This document shows positions 9,528 to 18,697 of a stretch of DNA of 64,000 bases, one piece after another; within the stretch, counting starts at the first letter, position 1, and each line of letters opens with the position of its first letter. The translations under genes and the position numbers were made by a program. Source of the DNA: Puniceicoccaceae bacterium (GTDB lineage Bacteria > Verrucomicrobiota > Verrucomicrobiia > Opitutales > Oceanipulchritudinaceae). The stretch covers positions 96,001 to 160,000 of the forward strand of contig JBFOMH010000004.1 in the NCBI GenBank assembly GCA_040830765.1, in the 5' to 3' direction. The notes beneath the pieces were generated by a model, which was given only the letters and a program-made list of their open reading frames with translations, did not search any database and was not told the origin of the DNA.

Positions 9528-10657
9528 TCCTGTTCAACCGGATTGTCGGGCTCAAGCAATTGCTCAGCACATTTATCCCAAGGAAAACGGTCCGCTACAA
9601 GAATTCGATTGTTTTCTATCGAGCCCACAGCCTCCGCAATCCCTTCCACATCACCAAAGGTCACCACGCTCCCCGTCTGCCCCTCGCGGATCAGGTCCTT
9701 GGCCCCGACCCGGTCGCTGACAATACAGGGCACGCCGACCTGCAGGGCCTGGACGACAACCAGGCCAAAAGCCTCCTCGGCAGAGGGAAGGACAAGGACA
9801 TCCATGTCTTGCAGCGCACGGGCAAATTCCGCCTGGGACAAGGAGCCCCGCTGGACAACCTTGGCCCCACCCTTGTAGGCCTCAAAATCCGGCTGGGTCT
9901 CGGCAAACTCCATGCCGAAGCAATGGAGCTCCCAGCCGGTGGAATCGGTATGTTCGAGGGCTTTAAGGAGGTAATGGATCCCCTTGCGAAGGCTTTGGCG
10001 CCCGGCAAAGGCGACTTTGAATGGGCCCTCGGGTAAAGTGGTCCGCTTCTGGAACAGTTCCTGATCGGCCCCGTAGGGAACGACCCAGATTTTTTCCTGT
10101 GAAACCCCTTCCTGCATCAGTTGGTCCCTAACCACCGTGGAGGCTACACAATGATAATCAGCAAGGTCCCATTCCTCCTGCAGCCGCTCCTCGTACCAGT
10201 CGGGCAGCGGCATGGCCTCGTCGAGGCTCCGGCCCATCCGCTCATACTCGGGAGCAACGAGGGCCCGCCATTGCTTCATCGGCCCGGAAGCGTGGTTCAA
10301 AACTGTCGTCATACCGATGCGGCGGGCTGCCTTGAAAGTCTCCAGGCACTGGCCGGGCAGACCATGGATGCAGCCCTCTCCCTGGAGGATGTTTGCCACG
10401 GCAGCATCAAATCCCTTGTCCTGCCAGCGAAACATCCTTGCGTCATCCGGTCGCAGCTGTTCGGGACAGCGCTGCAGGCCATAGGTGATCAGCGTCCGCC
10501 AGGATCGACTGACCATCGGGAACCCGGCCGGTGGATTCAAGCGCCAGCGCGGATATCCGCTGTAATAGCAGCCCAGAGCCCCCTTGTCCTGCAGGGCAAG
10601 TGCCATGTCATAGACATGACAGGGATTCGTGGCCGCAAACGAATGCTTCATTACCAC
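9524..10657 (-). CDS. Glycosyltransferase family 4
   Basis: Motifs FAGRQSLRKG and LPSAEEAFGLVVVQAL..GVP. Confidence 0.88.
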   Translation of the reverse strand: MVMKHSFAATNPCHVYDMALALQDKGALGCYYSGYPRWRLNPPAGFPMVSRSWRTLITYGLQRCPEQLRPDDARMFRWQDKGFDAAVANILQGEGCIHGLPGQCLETFKAARRIGMTTVLNHASGPMKQWRALVAPEYERMGRSLDEAMPLPDWYEERLQEEWDLADYHCVASTVVRDQLMQEGVSQEKIWVVPYGADQELFQKRTTLPEGPFKVAFAGRQSLRKGIHYLLKALEHTDSTGWELHCFGMEFAETQPDFEAYKGGAKVVQRGSLSQAEFARALQDMDVLVLPSAEEAFGLVVVQALQVGVPCIVSDRVGAKDLIREGQTGSVVTFGDVEGIAEAVGSIENNRILVADRFPWDKCAEQLLEPDNPVEQD

Positions 10658-10669
10658 CAGTCAATATCC

Positions 10670-11851
10670 CTAAAGCTTGTCATCCCGCAAGCCCCATTCC
10701 TCGAAGGAATCGAGTACGAGATTTTTGACGGCCTTGTGTCCTTCCTCCGTAAAATGGCCCTCATTGGGATGAAACAAGCTATTGCCATCCATAGGACTGT
10801 CACTTTCAGGACCAAATTCCCACGCTACGTCCAAACAGGCTAGGTCCCTGTCCTGACACATTTTCATCAACTGTTCTCCTACAAATGCCTGGAACCGTCC
10901 GGAATAGGAGTCGGGATCGGAGACCAGTGATTGCCCGGGCAGGAGGATAACCGATAAGCCGGTGCCACGACTGGCTGCCTCTGCCTGAATTGCTTCAACC
11001 AAAGCCTCCATCAGCTGGATGCGATCTGTCAGGCGACGTTTGAGGATCTCGTCCGTAACGGATTTATCGACATCCGCCCGGCTTTGAAAAATTCGGGAAA
11101 ATAGATGCCGCTCCTTTAATTTGCCTAGCCACCCATTCCGGTGTTCAACCAACTCATCCCCAAATGTCTCACTGGCCAGGGTTCTCTGGTACTCCTCCGG
11201 CTTCGGCTCCCTCGGGACGGGGCTGTTGCGTAACAAGAGGTCGCCATATTCCGTCAGCTCGAAGTAGGGCTTGGCCAGCTGGGTCTGCAGGGGATACGGG
11301 AGGGCGTTGTCGAGAAAGTCATTCCCGAGGTAGATGACGAGCAGGTAATGGTCGATCGCCAGCTGGCGACCGCGGTTGCGCATGAGGAGGTATTCCTGGT
11401 CGGTACTGTAGCCGGGAACGGCGAGGTTGAGCCAGTCGCGGTCGGGGTTCTCCTGCTGGAGCAGGTCGACAAAGGTCTGCCCGTCATCGACCCCGAACCC
11501 GAAGGTGAAGCTGTCCCCGAGAACACCGATCCGGGGCCGTTCCTTGGGCTGGGAGAGGTCCGGAAAGTCACCCCGGAAACCGTGTTCATTGATGGTGTAG
11601 GTGACCTCAAAATCGTGGTGCCCATGGGTCCCCTTCCAGCCTGGTGCGAGCTTCCATCCGAGGACGCGGTCATACTGGATGAGCCCGGGATCAAGCCGGT
11701 TGCTGTTGTTGATGCGATCCTGCCGCCAGCTGAGGAACAGCTCGGCCCCGACGAGACAAATCAGGAGTTCAACAAGGACAATGAGGGAAATGAAAAAGAC
11801 CTTTCTGCCTGTGCCGATTTTACCGCCCATACCTGCCGCCTGACTGTGCAC
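10670..11851 (-). CDS. Membrane-anchored SGNH/GDSL hydrolase-family protein (possible glycan O-acetylation or de-acetylation)
   Basis: N-terminal TM helix; LGDSFTFG, NLAVPGYSTDQ, YLGND and EGHFTEEGH blocks. The start could be ATG 11830. Confidence 0.8.
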   Translation of the reverse strand: MHSQAAGMGGKIGTGRKVFFISLIVLVELLICLVGAELFLSWRQDRINNSNRLDPGLIQYDRVLGWKLAPGWKGTHGHHDFEVTYTINEHGFRGDFPDLSQPKERPRIGVLGDSFTFGFGVDDGQTFVDLLQQENPDRDWLNLAVPGYSTDQEYLLMRNRGRQLAIDHYLLVIYLGNDFLDNALPYPLQTQLAKPYFELTEYGDLLLRNSPVPREPKPEEYQRTLASETFGDELVEHRNGWLGKLKERHLFSRIFQSRADVDKSVTDEILKRRLTDRIQLMEALVEAIQAEAASRGTGLSVILLPGQSLVSDPDSYSGRFQAFVGEQLMKMCQDRDLACLDVAWEFGPESDSPMDGNSLFHPNEGHFTEEGHKAVKNLVLDSFEEWGLRDDKL

Positions 11852-11980
11852 AATCCGCTGGTGCTGTCCACCTGTATTGGGACCTCCCTGAACAGAAGAA
11901 TATGAGGAATTTCCATTGACCCATGCCCAAAAAATCCCTCATATAATGTAACGCAACTGTAACTCTCCTCGCCTACCCCG

Positions 11981-12187
11981 GTGATCACACTCTCCAAGAA
12001 AACATTTTGCCTGCTCCTGCTGGGCCTGTCCACGCTTGCTGTGGCCAGCCTCTGTAGTATTCTGCAACTACCTATGCATCAGGCAATTATGGCATTCATC
12101 ATCACATGGATTGGCCTGATCGCCATCTTTGAGGTGGCGGATTTCAGCAACGACAATTTTCCGCGGGACCCATCGAAGCAGCAGTGA
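11981..12187 (+). CDS. Small two-TM hypothetical membrane protein
   Basis: 68 aa with two hydrophobic segments; fills the gap and is followed by a terminator hairpin. Confidence 0.5.
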   Translation: MITLSKKTFCLLLLGLSTLAVASLCSILQLPMHQAIMAFIITWIGLIAIFEVADFSNDNFPRDPSKQQ

Positions 12188-12233
12188 GGTTGATTTTGCG
12201 AGACCAGCAACCCACTTGAAGGGACCCGCACCC

Positions 12234-12263
12234 AAAGAAGGAGGCCGAAAGGCCTCCTTTTTT
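12234..12263. terminator. Bidirectional Rho-independent terminator
   Basis: AAAGAAGGAGGCC-GAAA-GGCCTCCTTTTTT: GC stem, GNRA loop, T-tract on + and A-rich flank on the other side, between convergent genes. Confidence 0.85.
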
Positions 12264-12288
12264 GATCGGCAGGGGGAGAAGTGGGCAC

Positions 12289-15200
12289 CTAAAGGACGGG
12301 AGCAAGGTGCTCCTGGAACCACTCGAGGCTCCCCTCCCGGCTCCAGGCATCCAGCTGGGCGGGGTCCTTGAGCTGCTGACCGCGGAGGCGGGGGACCTCG
12401 ATGAAAGCGGCCTGCCCCTTCCCCTGGGAGGGAAGGTAAGCGGACATGTCTCCCCAGAGCCGTTCAAACTGGAGCACGGGAAAAATATCCTCCTGTCCCC
12501 TTCCCCACCGTTTCTTGGTTTCCTTGATGGTGATGTACGTCGGCATGCGGGTAGCCACCCGGCGCACGGCATCCTGCAATTCTGCATAGCGACAGCCATC
12601 GGGCAACAGGTCCGGATGCGAGAGGTCCTCACGGGAGTAGCCAAAGATGGCCAACAGGGCATCGACATCAATCCACGAGGTAGCGGTGTTATAGAAGGAG
12701 AGCCGGAATTCATCCTCCTCTTGGGGCAGGGCAAATCCCTCGACCAGGCGAACCTGGCCATCAACGCGGGCCAGTCCTCCCCCGACATCCTCGAACTTTC
12801 GTTGCATGACTTCAAAGGTCAGCGGGGACCCGCTCAGCAGGTGATGTCCCAGATAGACCGGGTCCAGGGAGGCTCCCAAAGTATCGATGTTGTGCAAGAG
12901 CAGTGTGGTCAGTGACGGATTGGCCAGAAGAAGGTTCTGGAGGGTCCCGTTGAGGAGCAGGTTCGGCACCTCATACCAGTGTCCGACCGGATGGAGGCAT
13001 TGCAGGGGAAGGTTGTCGCGGTAGTCGGCGGCCTCGCCGGTGTCCTCGGCCCAGCGCATCAAGGCCTTGCGGACGGAATCCCGCATTTTTTCGGCCTGCT
13101 CATCGAGTTTCTCCTGAGGCAGCTCATACCAGGCATAGCGCAAGTCGCGTAACGTCGGCACGAGGCGCAAGCCGACCGAGCGGCCCTCGGACAAATGCAG
13201 ATCGACCCCCTCGAGGGCCTGTGGGTTGCGCTTACGAAAAACCTCGAGCCAGTCGGAAATGGGTCCATGCGTCAGGTAGCCGGTGGTGACGACATGGGAA
13301 ACCGGTGCTCCAGTAACCTGGGCACTGAGCCGCGACTTGGCCAGGTGCGTTTCCAGAAAGCTCCGGAACACCCCCTTGAAGGGCGCGAACGGGTGGAGGG
13401 CCTTAACCACTCCGGCACCCTGGGTCCACCGGGAACCCGCCCCGGCGGCGAGGGTGACGACCGCACACTCACCCCGGGCCAACGCTTCCTGTCCGGCCTC
13501 GGCACAGGCTTCAGGATCAAATTTGAATTGCAGTTCGTCGCGGGAAACGTCCTCAAGGTTTGTCTTCGGATGTAACCGGTTCTGGCTCAGCCCGACCCTT
13601 CCAGCCCGAAGGTCCTCCCGGATTTGTTCGTGTTGCTGGGGATCAAAGCCGTGACGCTCCAGCAATTCGTTGAGCCCAACGGATTCCGTGGACGCATCTG
13701 CCTTCCGGGTTTCCTCCGGAACCAGACTGGCGAGGAACTCGCCTGCATGACGACCGGCAAGATTCCGGACCATGTGCATGTCATGGCGTTCCACGTTCGA
13801 CCGCTCGGACGGATGCTTCTGAAGAAGAACCGGGAGCTGGAAACGGAGGTATTCCTTGAGGAAGTGCGGAACCGCCGGGTCCTGCCCGGCACCCGCATCG
13901 GCCAGATGCCCCGTGGAACCATGCCGGTTGATCGAGAAGTCATAGATCACCGGGTCCATGGCAAACGGAAGGGCACGCTCGTACTCCTTCTTGAGGCGGA
14001 TAAGCACCTCGGCGATGATCGGCTTGACCCTCTCCCGTAATTCGGGGCGGACAATCAGGCCCATTCCACCACCGGACATCCCGCCCAGCATCCAGAAACC
14101 CCAGAAGCCCTCGCTTAAGGTGGCGGTTCCGACCGATTGACCGGCATCGCTTGATCCATCGACCTCGGCGATGGCGGTTGAAACCTCGGCAATCAGTCGC
14201 TCGGTGAAGGCGTTACTGGACCAGGGGATAATTTCCTTCAACGGGCCGAAAAAGTGCCTCGTGGTCAACTGGCCCATTGTCCGGATATCTCCCTCGTGCA
14301 GGGCATCGAGGATTCCCCGGGTAAACTGCAGGGAGCCCTGGCGGGATTCCCATTCGAGGGCGTTTCTCAGCAGGTAACGCTCCGTTACCATTTCAAGGAT
14401 CGGGCCGACATTGGCCGCCATTCCCCCATGGATAAGGATCAGGGATTCCTCCAGGGCATTGATGGAGGCCTCTGGAATATAGTCTCCGTCCAGCCGGGTA
14501 TGGCGCGGAATCAAGGCCCCTCGGGCAACTGCGTCATCTTTCACTTCAGGGGCCGTTGCGACTGCTTCGTCCGGGGATTCCTGGGAAAGCATCGCGGAAG
14601 CAATCTCACCGTTTATGAGGCAGCCTTCGATCAACTTGGCCCCCGGCCAGATGCCTCCCGAGTCCTGCCAGCCGCCCCCGGAGCCCCCAAGCCACTCGCC
14701 GAGGATAGCCCGCGAGGCGACTATCCGACGTTCCTCCTCGCTCATTCCTCCCGACAAGTCCTTGATCTGGCTGGTGGCCCGCATGCAGGTTGCGATGAGG
14801 CTTCCAAGCAGGTTGGTCGAAACCGCCAGCCGGCTCCCCTTGGGAATGTCCCTTACCCAGCTGACCAGCTCCAGCCCGCGGCCAGGACCCAATAGTCGGG
14901 CCAGCAAGCGGCTGAGTGGCGTCCGCGATCCTTCCATTCCCGGGGGAATAATCCCTGAGGCGATCAGCGCTGCCTTGAGGAGCCCGAGGTAGTCCCGGCC
15001 GAAATCAAAAAGGGTACCCAGGTCATCCACTTCAGCCACATTTTCGAGGTCAATACTGACCAGGCGGATAACCGGCCGGTCGATGACCCGTAAGGCACTC
15101 AGGCAGGGCGGTACGGGCCCCTGCGGGCTTCCCGTCATGGCCAGGTCAACAGATACATTGACCACCTTGGCGAACTCCGGCCGGTCCATACCAAGGAAGA

Positions 15201-15828
15201 AGATGTCCGACCAGGAGCTATGGGAAAGGTCCATCCGCACCGGTGTTTGCTCAATCAGCCAGGGAGCGTTACCATCCTGCCCATTGACCAATTCCTTGCG
15301 GACGCGCAGGGGAAAGTCATCCGGATGCCCAATGCGGAACATCCATTGGTTCCCGATTTCCTGGCGGACGGATTTCCTGACCTGGTTGGCAAGGCTTTGC
15401 AGGGCGAGGTCGTAATAGGCCGTGGCCAGGCCGCTCGACAGGGTCACATTGAGCCGGGCCTTGCGCCCATGCTGAAGAAGCGCATCGATGGCCTCCTCAA
15501 AGTTCCGGTTCTGCAGGGCCCGATGGGCGTTCAGCGGGATGGGACACGGCACCAATTCCTCGTCATCCACACCCGGCCGGCTCGCTTCATTCGCATCCAC
15601 ATGAGCGGGAAGGACGAACCGGTGCAGGTGATAGAGAATGACGAGTGTCCGCACCCGCAAATACAGGTTATCGGTCTCCCGCCAGAAAGACTCCATCGCG
15701 TCACAGTCTTCGAGAAGTTGCTCAAGGCTGCGGCCCTCGACCAGACTCTCAATGGACCGGTCAAACGTCGCCGCTTCGGTTCCACACAAGGTCTCGAGGA
15801 AAGGGGACATGGCTGTTCCAGTACTCAT
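12289..15828 (-). CDS. Fusion of a GHMP-family sugar kinase and a UDPGP-family UTP:sugar-1-phosphate uridylyltransferase
   Basis: Kinase-like motifs TPVRMDL..SWSD, IPKGSRLAVSTNL, GGSGGGWQD and GGMSGGGM; C-terminal LAAGAGSRW..GVVKA, HPVGH, NIDTLGA, YNT and QFE motifs. Confidence 0.8.
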   Translation of the reverse strand: MSTGTAMSPFLETLCGTEAATFDRSIESLVEGRSLEQLLEDCDAMESFWRETDNLYLRVRTLVILYHLHRFVLPAHVDANEASRPGVDDEELVPCPIPLNAHRALQNRNFEEAIDALLQHGRKARLNVTLSSGLATAYYDLALQSLANQVRKSVRQEIGNQWMFRIGHPDDFPLRVRKELVNGQDGNAPWLIEQTPVRMDLSHSSWSDIFFLGMDRPEFAKVVNVSVDLAMTGSPQGPVPPCLSALRVIDRPVIRLVSIDLENVAEVDDLGTLFDFGRDYLGLLKAALIASGIIPPGMEGSRTPLSRLLARLLGPGRGLELVSWVRDIPKGSRLAVSTNLLGSLIATCMRATSQIKDLSGGMSEEERRIVASRAILGEWLGGSGGGWQDSGGIWPGAKLIEGCLINGEIASAMLSQESPDEAVATAPEVKDDAVARGALIPRHTRLDGDYIPEASINALEESLILIHGGMAANVGPILEMVTERYLLRNALEWESRQGSLQFTRGILDALHEGDIRTMGQLTTRHFFGPLKEIIPWSSNAFTERLIAEVSTAIAEVDGSSDAGQSVGTATLSEGFWGFWMLGGMSGGGMGLIVRPELRERVKPIIAEVLIRLKKEYERALPFAMDPVIYDFSINRHGSTGHLADAGAGQDPAVPHFLKEYLRFQLPVLLQKHPSERSNVERHDMHMVRNLAGRHAGEFLASLVPEETRKADASTESVGLNELLERHGFDPQQHEQIREDLRAGRVGLSQNRLHPKTNLEDVSRDELQFKFDPEACAEAGQEALARGECAVVTLAAGAGSRWTQGAGVVKALHPFAPFKGVFRSFLETHLAKSRLSAQVTGAPVSHVVTTGYLTHGPISDWLEVFRKRNPQALEGVDLHLSEGRSVGLRLVPTLRDLRYAWYELPQEKLDEQAEKMRDSVRKALMRWAEDTGEAADYRDNLPLQCLHPVGHWYEVPNLLLNGTLQNLLLANPSLTTLLLHNIDTLGASLDPVYLGHHLLSGSPLTFEVMQRKFEDVGGGLARVDGQVRLVEGFALPQEEDEFRLSFYNTATSWIDVDALLAIFGYSREDLSHPDLLPDGCRYAELQDAVRRVATRMPTYITIKETKKRWGRGQEDIFPVLQFERLWGDMSAYLPSQGKGQAAFIEVPRLRGQQLKDPAQLDAWSREGSLEWFQEHLAPVL

Positions 15829-15834
15829 GCGTTG

Positions 15835-16686
15835 CTACCGCTGGGCCGGTTCATTTCCCTGCTTGGAATCGGCGAGAACACGTATCAAGTCAGCCAGTAC
15901 CATTTCCCGGTTCGGCCCGGCCAGAGCCATCGCCAGCTCGGCATGGAGCAGGCCGTACTGGGCCTCAAGATCGAAGCGGTTGCCGTCAAGGAGGGCGGCG
16001 TGCAGGTGCCCCCGTTTGGCCAGGGCATTCAAGGCAGGACTCAGGCCGATGGAATCACTTTCGGCTGCGACGGCATCAAGCTGTTCGAAGATTTCCCGAT
16101 CAAGGACGTGGATGCCAAAGAACCCGAGGTAATACCCGGAGCGGTGTCCCGGTACCCGCATGTGCAACTCCGCTTCCGTCGGGGTTGGTTTTTCGCGCAC
16201 CTCCCTGACCTTGTATATTCCCGGTTGCTGGCCCACTGGTTCGCCGGTAACGACCCCAAACTGGGTTACCTGGCTCTCGTGCGTCGACTGGACAGCTGAA
16301 ATGGGCGACTGGAACCGATCGTGCAACTTAACCAGCTGGGCGACGCAGCTCAACTCGCTGTCATGGCTCAGGAAAAGATGGTCGCAGACCAACAGGACAA
16401 AGGTTTCATCACCAACAAACGCCCTTGCCCGGAGAACAGCATCCCCAAAACCGCGGGGATTATCCTGGGCAATCATGGTCAGCCGCTGCTGGCCCGAACG
16501 GACTGCCGATTTGTAGAGCTCTCCATCTCCCGGGGTATGGACAACGGCCACCTCAGTTATGCCCGCCGCCTCAAGGTCCTTCAGGTGAAGGGCCAACAAG
16601 GGGACAGCCTTTCCCTCGGTGTCGGACAGGGTCTGGACGGGCAGGTTCCGGTGCTGCGGACTGGCCGCAGTAATAACAGCTTTCAT
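15835..16686 (-). CDS. GalU/GalF-like sugar-phosphate nucleotidyltransferase with a degenerate signature
   Basis: KAVITAASPQHRNLP in place of KAVIPxAGLGTRxLP; retains Q..PRGFGDAV, CDHLF, FGVV and EKP. Confidence 0.75.
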   Translation of the reverse strand: MKAVITAASPQHRNLPVQTLSDTEGKAVPLLALHLKDLEAAGITEVAVVHTPGDGELYKSAVRSGQQRLTMIAQDNPRGFGDAVLRARAFVGDETFVLLVCDHLFLSHDSELSCVAQLVKLHDRFQSPISAVQSTHESQVTQFGVVTGEPVGQQPGIYKVREVREKPTPTEAELHMRVPGHRSGYYLGFFGIHVLDREIFEQLDAVAAESDSIGLSPALNALAKRGHLHAALLDGNRFDLEAQYGLLHAELAMALAGPNREMVLADLIRVLADSKQGNEPAQR

Positions 16687-16719
16687 TGGGCATAACGCAT
16701 AACGCCCAGACTGAAGGGG

Positions 16720-17619
16720 TCAACTTAGGAACCGCACTTCGGGCTCCAGCTCCACGCCCTCCTTCTCCCGCACAACCGACTGCACCTGCTCCATCAAGGC
16801 CAGCACATCGGCGGCCGTGGCATTGTCGGCATTCTCAATCCAGTTGGCGTGCTTGAGCGAGACCATGGCCCCGCCAATCCTGTGGCCCTTGAGCCCACAG
16901 CGGTCGATCAGGACAGCGGCCGGAACGCCTTCTGCAGTCCCCTTAAAGACCGACCCGGCGGTGGGCTGGGTCAGCGGTTGCCGTTCATGGCGCATGGCGA
17001 GGTGGATGGCCGTTTCCTCGCGAATAGCTTCCCGGGTGGACACCTGCTCCAGGGCAAACCGGGCCGCGGTGACAATCCGGCTGGAGTCCAGAAGGTCCGT
17101 GTGGCGATAGACCGGATGAAAATCGGCATAGGGCTGCCACTCGGCTTCCCCCTCTAGCGAAACGGTCCGCACTTCCGTACACCGGTTGGCGGTCTGGCGC
17201 TCATCCCCGGGTCCGTAGCCGGCATTGATGGCAACAGCGGCCCCGACGGTTCCCGGAATGCCGATGTAGAACTCGTATCCCCCGAAGCCTTCCCCGGCGA
17301 CTACCTTGGATAGCCGTGGCAGGGACATGCCGGCCGAAACCTCGATAATGGTCTTTCCTGATGGGTCCTTGCTCAGGGAATGGTCAGAGGAATCCATCTG
17401 GCGCAGGCAAATGACCAGCCCCTTCAGACCGGCATCGGCTATCAGGACATTGGAACCCCGGCCGAGGATATGAAGTGGGAGTTCCTGTCCTTTCGCCCAC
17501 GCCAGGGCCTGCAGCAGTTCCGCCTCCGTCTGGGGCATCGCAAACCACTCCGCCGGACCACCAATCTTCCAGGTCGTCAGGGGGGCAAGGGGGATGTTCT
17601 GCTCAGGCAAGTGTTCCAT
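16720..17619 (-). CDS. murB: UDP-N-acetylmuramate dehydrogenase
   Basis: TTWKIGGPA, GRGSNVL, GIPGTVG, QP...TAGSVFK, KHANWI and LEPEV motifs. Confidence 0.95.
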   Translation of the reverse strand: MEHLPEQNIPLAPLTTWKIGGPAEWFAMPQTEAELLQALAWAKGQELPLHILGRGSNVLIADAGLKGLVICLRQMDSSDHSLSKDPSGKTIIEVSAGMSLPRLSKVVAGEGFGGYEFYIGIPGTVGAAVAINAGYGPGDERQTANRCTEVRTVSLEGEAEWQPYADFHPVYRHTDLLDSSRIVTAARFALEQVSTREAIREETAIHLAMRHERQPLTQPTAGSVFKGTAEGVPAAVLIDRCGLKGHRIGGAMVSLKHANWIENADNATAADVLALMEQVQSVVREKEGVELEPEVRFLS

Positions 17620-17622
17620 AAA

Positions 17623-17742
17623 AATCTTAATCTTGATCTTAGTCTTAATCTTAATCCAGCGGCGAACTCAAAGGCTAAGATTAAGAGCAAGATTAAGGCT
17701 AAGATTAAGATTATGGGGGAGATTAAGGCTAAGATTAAGATT
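17623..17742. repeat. Intergenic inverted array of hexamer repeats, (AATCTT)n / (AAGATT)n
   Basis: 17623-17656 has about 6 AATCTT-like units. 17671-17742 has 12 in-phase hexamers, mostly AAGATT/AAGGCT, complementary to the left arm. Confidence 0.9.
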
Positions 17743-18676
17743 ATTCCAGGACGCCCTTGAAGTAGTCGATGGTTCGTTGCAGGCCTTCCTCCAGATGGAC
17801 CTTTGGTTCCCAGCCGAGCTTTTCCCTGGCGAGCTCGATATTCGGCTGACGCTGGAGGGGATCATCCTGTGGAAGCGGCTCGTAGATGATTTTAGACGTG
17901 GAACCGGTCATTTTAATGACCGCTTCAGCCAGCTCGAGAATCGTGAACTCGCCGGGATTGCCGATATTGACCGGACCCGTGAAGTCCTCGCAATTCATCA
18001 GGCGAATGAAGCCCTCAACAAGGTCATCGACGTAACAGAAGGAGCGTGTCTGGGAGCCATCCCCATAGACCGTGATGTCCTGGTTCTGGAGGGCCTGGAC
18101 GATAAAATTGGAAACTACCCGGCCATCGCCCGGATGCATGCGCGGGCCATAGGTATTGAAAATCCGGACCACCCGGATATCGACCCCGTTCTGGCGGTGG
18201 TAATCAAAGAACAGCGTTTCCGCGACCCGCTTGCCTTCGTCATAGCAGGCACGAATGCCGATCGGGTTGACCGACCCGCGGTAACTTTCGACCTGCGGAT
18301 GAATCTCCGGATCGCCGTAGACCTCGGAAGTACTGGCCTGGAAAATCCGGGCATTGACCCGCTTGGCCAGGCCGAGGCAATTGATGGCCCCCATGACCGA
18401 GGTTTTGACCGTCTTGATGGCATTATACTGGTAATGAACCGGTGAGGCCGGACAGGCCAGGTTGTAGATCTGGTCCACCTCGACCTTGAATGGATCGATG
18501 ACGTCCCAGCGCATCAACTCGAAATTGGGATGCCCCAGCAGGTGCCGGATGTTGGCCTTGGTACCCGTGAAGAAATTATCCAGGCAGATGACATCGTGAC
18601 CCTGTTCAATGAGCCGGTCCACCAGATGGGAGCCAAGGAATCCAGCTCCTCCTGTTACGAGAATGCGCTTGTTCAT
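17741..18676 (-). CDS. uxs: UDP-glucuronate decarboxylase (UDP-xylose synthase)
   Basis: [39 protein letters not shown] and [10 protein letters not shown]. Confidence 0.92.
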   Translation of the reverse strand: MNKRILVTGGAGFLGSHLVDRLIEQGHDVICLDNFFTGTKANIRHLLGHPNFELMRWDVIDPFKVEVDQIYNLACPASPVHYQYNAIKTVKTSVMGAINCLGLAKRVNARIFQASTSEVYGDPEIHPQVESYRGSVNPIGIRACYDEGKRVAETLFFDYHRQNGVDIRVVRIFNTYGPRMHPGDGRVVSNFIVQALQNQDITVYGDGSQTRSFCYVDDLVEGFIRLMNCEDFTGPVNIGNPGEFTILELAEAVIKMTGSTSKIIYEPLPQDDPLQRQPNIELAREKLGWEPKVHLEEGLQRTIDYFKGVLE

Positions 18677-18697
18677 AAGTATTGTTCCGGTTGTTGA

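Noticed and set aside
11916..11947. TTGACC...TATAAT promoter-like pair
   Set aside because: The spacer is 20 nt, too long for a confident sigma70 call.
16690..16703. GCATAAC x2 tandem upstream of the GalU-like gene
   Set aside because: Two copies of a 7-mer can occur by chance; no further support.
17594..18445. 283-aa plus-strand ORF with ILILIL/RLRLRL runs
   Set aside because: The low-complexity peptide is just the translation of the hexamer repeat; the rest is antisense to uxs.
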